This document shows, one piece after another, positions 7,549 through 10,361 of a stretch of 10,361 bases of DNA. This DNA is from Fonticula alba ATCC 38817. Taxonomy: Eukaryota; Protista; Nucleariida. The number at the start of each line of letters is the position of its first letter. The stretch's first letter is position 1. The notes beneath the pieces are model-generated. The model had not been told where the DNA came from and made no database searches. It saw only the letters and a program-made list of their open reading frames with translations. The position numbers were made by a program, and so were the translations under genes. Location of the stretch: assembly GCA_000388065.2 (NCBI GenBank), contig KB932202.1, one strand, 5' to 3'.

Positions 7549-7869
7549 GCCGCCCTCTTCGCGATTGAGGCCGTCTTCTCGGAGGGCACCTTCCCCCGGG
7601 TGCCGCTCTTCATCTCCGGCACCATTGTCGACCAGTCCGGCCGCACTCTCTCCGGGCAGACCGGCGAGGCGTTCATCACGTCCGTCATGCACGCACGCCC
7701 CTTCGCCATCGGCCTCAACTGCGCCCTCGGTGCCACGCAAATGCGCCCCTTCCTGCAGAACATGGCCCGCGCCGCCTCCGGCACCCTGGTCCTGTGCTAC
7801 CCGAATGCCGGCCTGCCGAACACCTTCGGCGGCTACGACGAGACCCCCTCCGACATGGCCACCTACCTG
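7549..7869 (+). CDS. metH: Methionine synthase exon, Hcy domain with GLNC zinc ligand
   Basis: AALFA...[17 protein letters not shown]...GLNCALG (7711-7722)...[17 protein letters not shown]; CTGCAG acceptor at 7548, GTGCGC donor at 7870. Confidence 0.97.
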
Positions 7870-7949
7870 GTGCGCACACAGCCGCGCCGCCTGGCATTTC
7901 GCCCCCGCCCTCTCACCCCCCTCTCCTCCCTGCCCATGCGTGCACCCAG
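7870..7949 (+). other. MetH intron (80 nt)
   Basis: GTGCGC...CCCAG; resolves the frame change between ORF 5395 and ORF 7794. Confidence 0.93.
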
Positions 7950-8528
7950 TCCGAGTTCGTCTCCGCCGGCCTGGTCAACATTGTTGGCGGGTGCTGCGGC
8001 TCCACGCCGGACCACATCGGCGCCATCGCCAAGGCCGTGGCCCCCCTGGCCCCGCGGACCCTGGCCACGACCGGCTCGGCGTCCGCCAACCGCCTGGAGC
8101 TCTCCGGGCTGGAGCTCTTCACGGTGGATCGGTTCACCAACTTCGTCAATGTCGGCGAGCGGTGCAATGTCGCCGGGTCGCGCGCCTTCGCGCGCATGAT
8201 TCGCGAGAACCGCTACGACGACGCGCTCGAGGTGGCCCGCCTGCAGGTGGAGAACGGCGCCCAGATCCTCGATCTGAACATGGACGACGGCCTGCTGGAC
8301 GGGCCGATGGCCATGGCCAAGTTCATCAACCTCCTGGTCAGCGAGCCGGACATCGCTCGCGTGCCGCTCATGATCGACTCTTCGGACTTCCGCGTCATCG
8401 AGGCCGGCCTCCGCTGTACCCAGGGCAAGTGCATTGTCAACTCCATCTCCCTGAAGGAGGGCGAGGCGGACTTCATCGCCAAGGCGCGGACCATCCTGCG
8501 CTACGGCGCGGCGGTCGTCGTGATGGCG
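7950..8528 (+). CDS. metH: Methionine synthase exon, GGCCG zinc ligands and start of pterin (CH3-THF)-binding domain
   Basis: [23 protein letters not shown] (GGCCG 7986-8000)...LSGLE...[13 protein letters not shown]...[16 protein letters not shown]...PLMIDSS...[10 protein letters not shown]...YGAAVVVMA; CCCAG acceptor 7949, GTACGC donor 8529. Confidence 0.97.
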
Positions 8529-8730
8529 GTACGCCCGCATGCGCGCCCACGCAGGGCCCCCTCCGGCCCGTGCCTCGCGCGCGCCCCACTTGTCCTCCGT
8601 CTTCCCCTTCTGTTAGCCGGGCCTGTCCTGGGCGTTGTGCACTGCCCTCTCCCCCGCCCTCTCCCCCGTCCTCACTCCCCCTCACCCCTCCCCTTCTTCC
8701 CGGATCTGCACCCGACCGCTGCGCGCGCAG
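8529..8730 (+). other. MetH intron (202 nt)
   Basis: GTACGC...GCAG; restores VVMA-FDE. Confidence 0.95.
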
Positions 8731-8875
8731 TTCGACGAGACAGGCCAGGCGGTCACTGCCGCCGACAAGATCCGCATCTGCACCCGGTCCTACAACATCC
8801 TGGTTGACCAGGTTGGCTTCAACCCGCAGGACATCATCTTCGACCCGAACATCCTGACCATCTGCACGGGTATTG
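8731..8875 (+). CDS. metH: Methionine synthase exon, pterin-binding domain
   Basis: FDETGQA...[36 protein letters not shown]; GCAG acceptor 8730, GTACGC donor 8876 (phase 1, joins to EEHSNY). Confidence 0.97.
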
Positions 8876-9000
8876 GTACGCGCCTTGCCTTTCCTCCCTC
8901 CCGGGCTCGACACCCACTCCACCGTACATGCGTGCATGCTCACCGCGCCTTCCGTCGTCCTGTCGCCGTGTCCGCACCCGGCCCCGGGGGCCGCCCACAG
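8876..9000 (+). other. MetH intron (125 nt)
   Basis: GTACGC...ACAG; restores TGI-EEH. Confidence 0.95.
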
Positions 9001-9962
9001 AGGAGCATAGCAACTATGGCGTGGAGTTCATCGAGGCCGTCCGTGCCATCAAGGCCACCCTCCCCGGGGCCAAGGTCAGTGGCGGCGTGTCCAACCTGTC
9101 GTTTGCCTTCCGCGGGCAGGAGACCATCCGCGAGGCCATGCACTCGGTGTTCCTCTTCCACGCCATTCGCGCCGGCTTGGACATGGGCATCGTCAATGCC
9201 GGCCAGCTGCCGGTGTATGATGACATCCCGGCCGACCTGCGCAACCTCTGCGAGGCGGCTCTCATGAACACCGACCCCGATGTGACGGAGAAGATCCTGG
9301 AGTATGCGCGCGAGGCGGCCGAGGCCGGGGCCGGGGCCGGCCCCGGTGGCGCCAAGTCCGGCCGGTCCGAGGGCAACGAGTGGCGCCAGCTCCCGCTGGA
9401 TGAGCGCATCGCCTATGCCCTGGTCAAGGGCCTGGACACCTACATCGTCCAGGACACCGAGGAGGCCCGGCTCGACACCACCTCCTACCCCCAGCCCTTG
9501 AACATCATCGAGGGGCCGCTCATGTCCGGCATGAGCCGCGTCGGCGACCTCTTCGGCGCCGGGAAGATGTTCCTGCCGCAGGTGATCAAGTCGGCCCGTG
9601 TCATGAAGAAGGCCGTGGCCCACTTGATCCCCTTCATGGAGGCCGAGCGCATCAAGGCCCTGCAGCAGGCAGGCACCGAGGCCGATGCCTCGGGCGCCAG
9701 CCAGGAGCCCGCCTACAATGGCACGGTGGTCATGGCCACGGTCAAGGGCGACGTCCATGACATCGGCAAGAACATCGTGGCCGTGGTGCTGGGGTGCAAC
9801 AACTTCCGCGTGGTGGACCTCGGTGTCATGACCCCCTGTGACAAGATCCTGGACGCGGCCGTGGCCGAGAATGCCGACGCCGTGGGCCTGTCCGGCCTCA
9901 TCACCCCCTCGCTGGAGGAGATGGTCACCGTGGCCAAGGAGATGGAGCGCCGCGGCATGAAG
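9001..9962 (+). CDS. metH: Methionine synthase exon, end of pterin domain, cap domain and cobalamin-binding domain
   Basis: [10 protein letters not shown]...[13 protein letters not shown]...[10 protein letters not shown]...[35 protein letters not shown]...[15 protein letters not shown] (DxHxxG 9750-9767)...[13 protein letters not shown]; GTGCGC donor 9963. Confidence 0.98.
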
Positions 9963-10179
9963 GTGCGCACCTTTCCCCTTCTCTGCCTCCCCCCCCCCCC
10001 TCCCCTCTCTCTTTCGCTCCGTCGTTGCTCGCCTTTCCCGGTCTCCGGCCCGCTCTCCTTTTTCAGCCGGCGACTATGCGCATGCTGACACCCCCCCCCC
10101 ACGCACACGCACACGCGCAAACGCCATGCCCAACCGCATTCCCCGCCCTCCTCATGTGTCGCTCTTCCTGCTCGGCCAG
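9963..10179 (+). other. MetH intron (217 nt)
   Basis: GTGCGC...CCAG; restores [12 protein letters not shown]. Confidence 0.93.
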
Positions 10180-10296
10180 ATCCCCCTCCTCATCGGCGGT
10201 GCCACCACCTCCAAGGTCCACACCGCGGTCAAGATCGCCCCGCACTACAGCCAGCCCACCATCCACGTCCTGGATGCGTCGCGCACTGTCCCCGTT
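10180..10296 (+). CDS. metH: Methionine synthase exon, cobalamin-binding domain (gene continues past window)
   Basis: [39 protein letters not shown]; CCAG acceptor 10179, GTACGT donor 10297. Confidence 0.96.
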
Positions 10297-10361
10297 GTAC
10301 GTGTACCACGCACGCGCCCTCCCACTCTCTCCCTGCATTCCGCGCACGCCGGGCACCTGCC

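Noticed and set aside
5395-8199. 934-aa ORF suggesting a giant MetH N-terminal extension (likewise 2326..4695 at 789 aa)
   Set aside because: These read through N gaps, microsatellites and stop-free introns; frame across a gap of estimated size is meaningless.
1-10361. CRISPR array, tRNA/rRNA, transposase or other prokaryotic system
   Set aside because: No repeat-spacer periodicity, cloverleaf, rRNA signature or transposase motifs; the gene structure is spliceosomal and eukaryotic.

Overview
GC-rich eukaryotic genomic DNA (intron-containing, protist- or alga-like; species cannot be determined from sequence) with two assembly gaps (N at 2564-2632 and 6139-6958). Two + strand, multi-exon genes can be rebuilt by hand-splicing. 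(1) A ~1150-aa non-TALE Q50 homeobox transcription factor, exons 41-728, 868-2181, 2657-4084 and a tentative last exon 4288-4307. Its homeodomain N-terminal arm and a downstream Pho2/HOY1/plant TRF2-like PH-type domain only appear after splicing. It also carries polyQ, polyA, His-rich and acidic tracts. (2) A eukaryote-type cobalamin-dependent methionine synthase (MetH/MTR), visible exons 6959-7371, 7549-7869, 7950-8528, 8731-8875, 9001-9962 and 10180-10296 (~845 aa). Its N-terminus is hidden in or before the large gap and its C-terminal AdoMet domain lies beyond the window. All nine inferred donors are GTRCGY and all acceptors CAG, with C-rich introns. Most long ORFs in the supplied track are GC/repeat shadows or read through introns and gaps. 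I found no clearly supported novel multi-gene system. The best leads are the homeodomain-PH architecture with a possible truncating alternative acceptor, the uniform +4C splice donors, and the neighbouring Pho2-like regulator and one-carbon enzyme.
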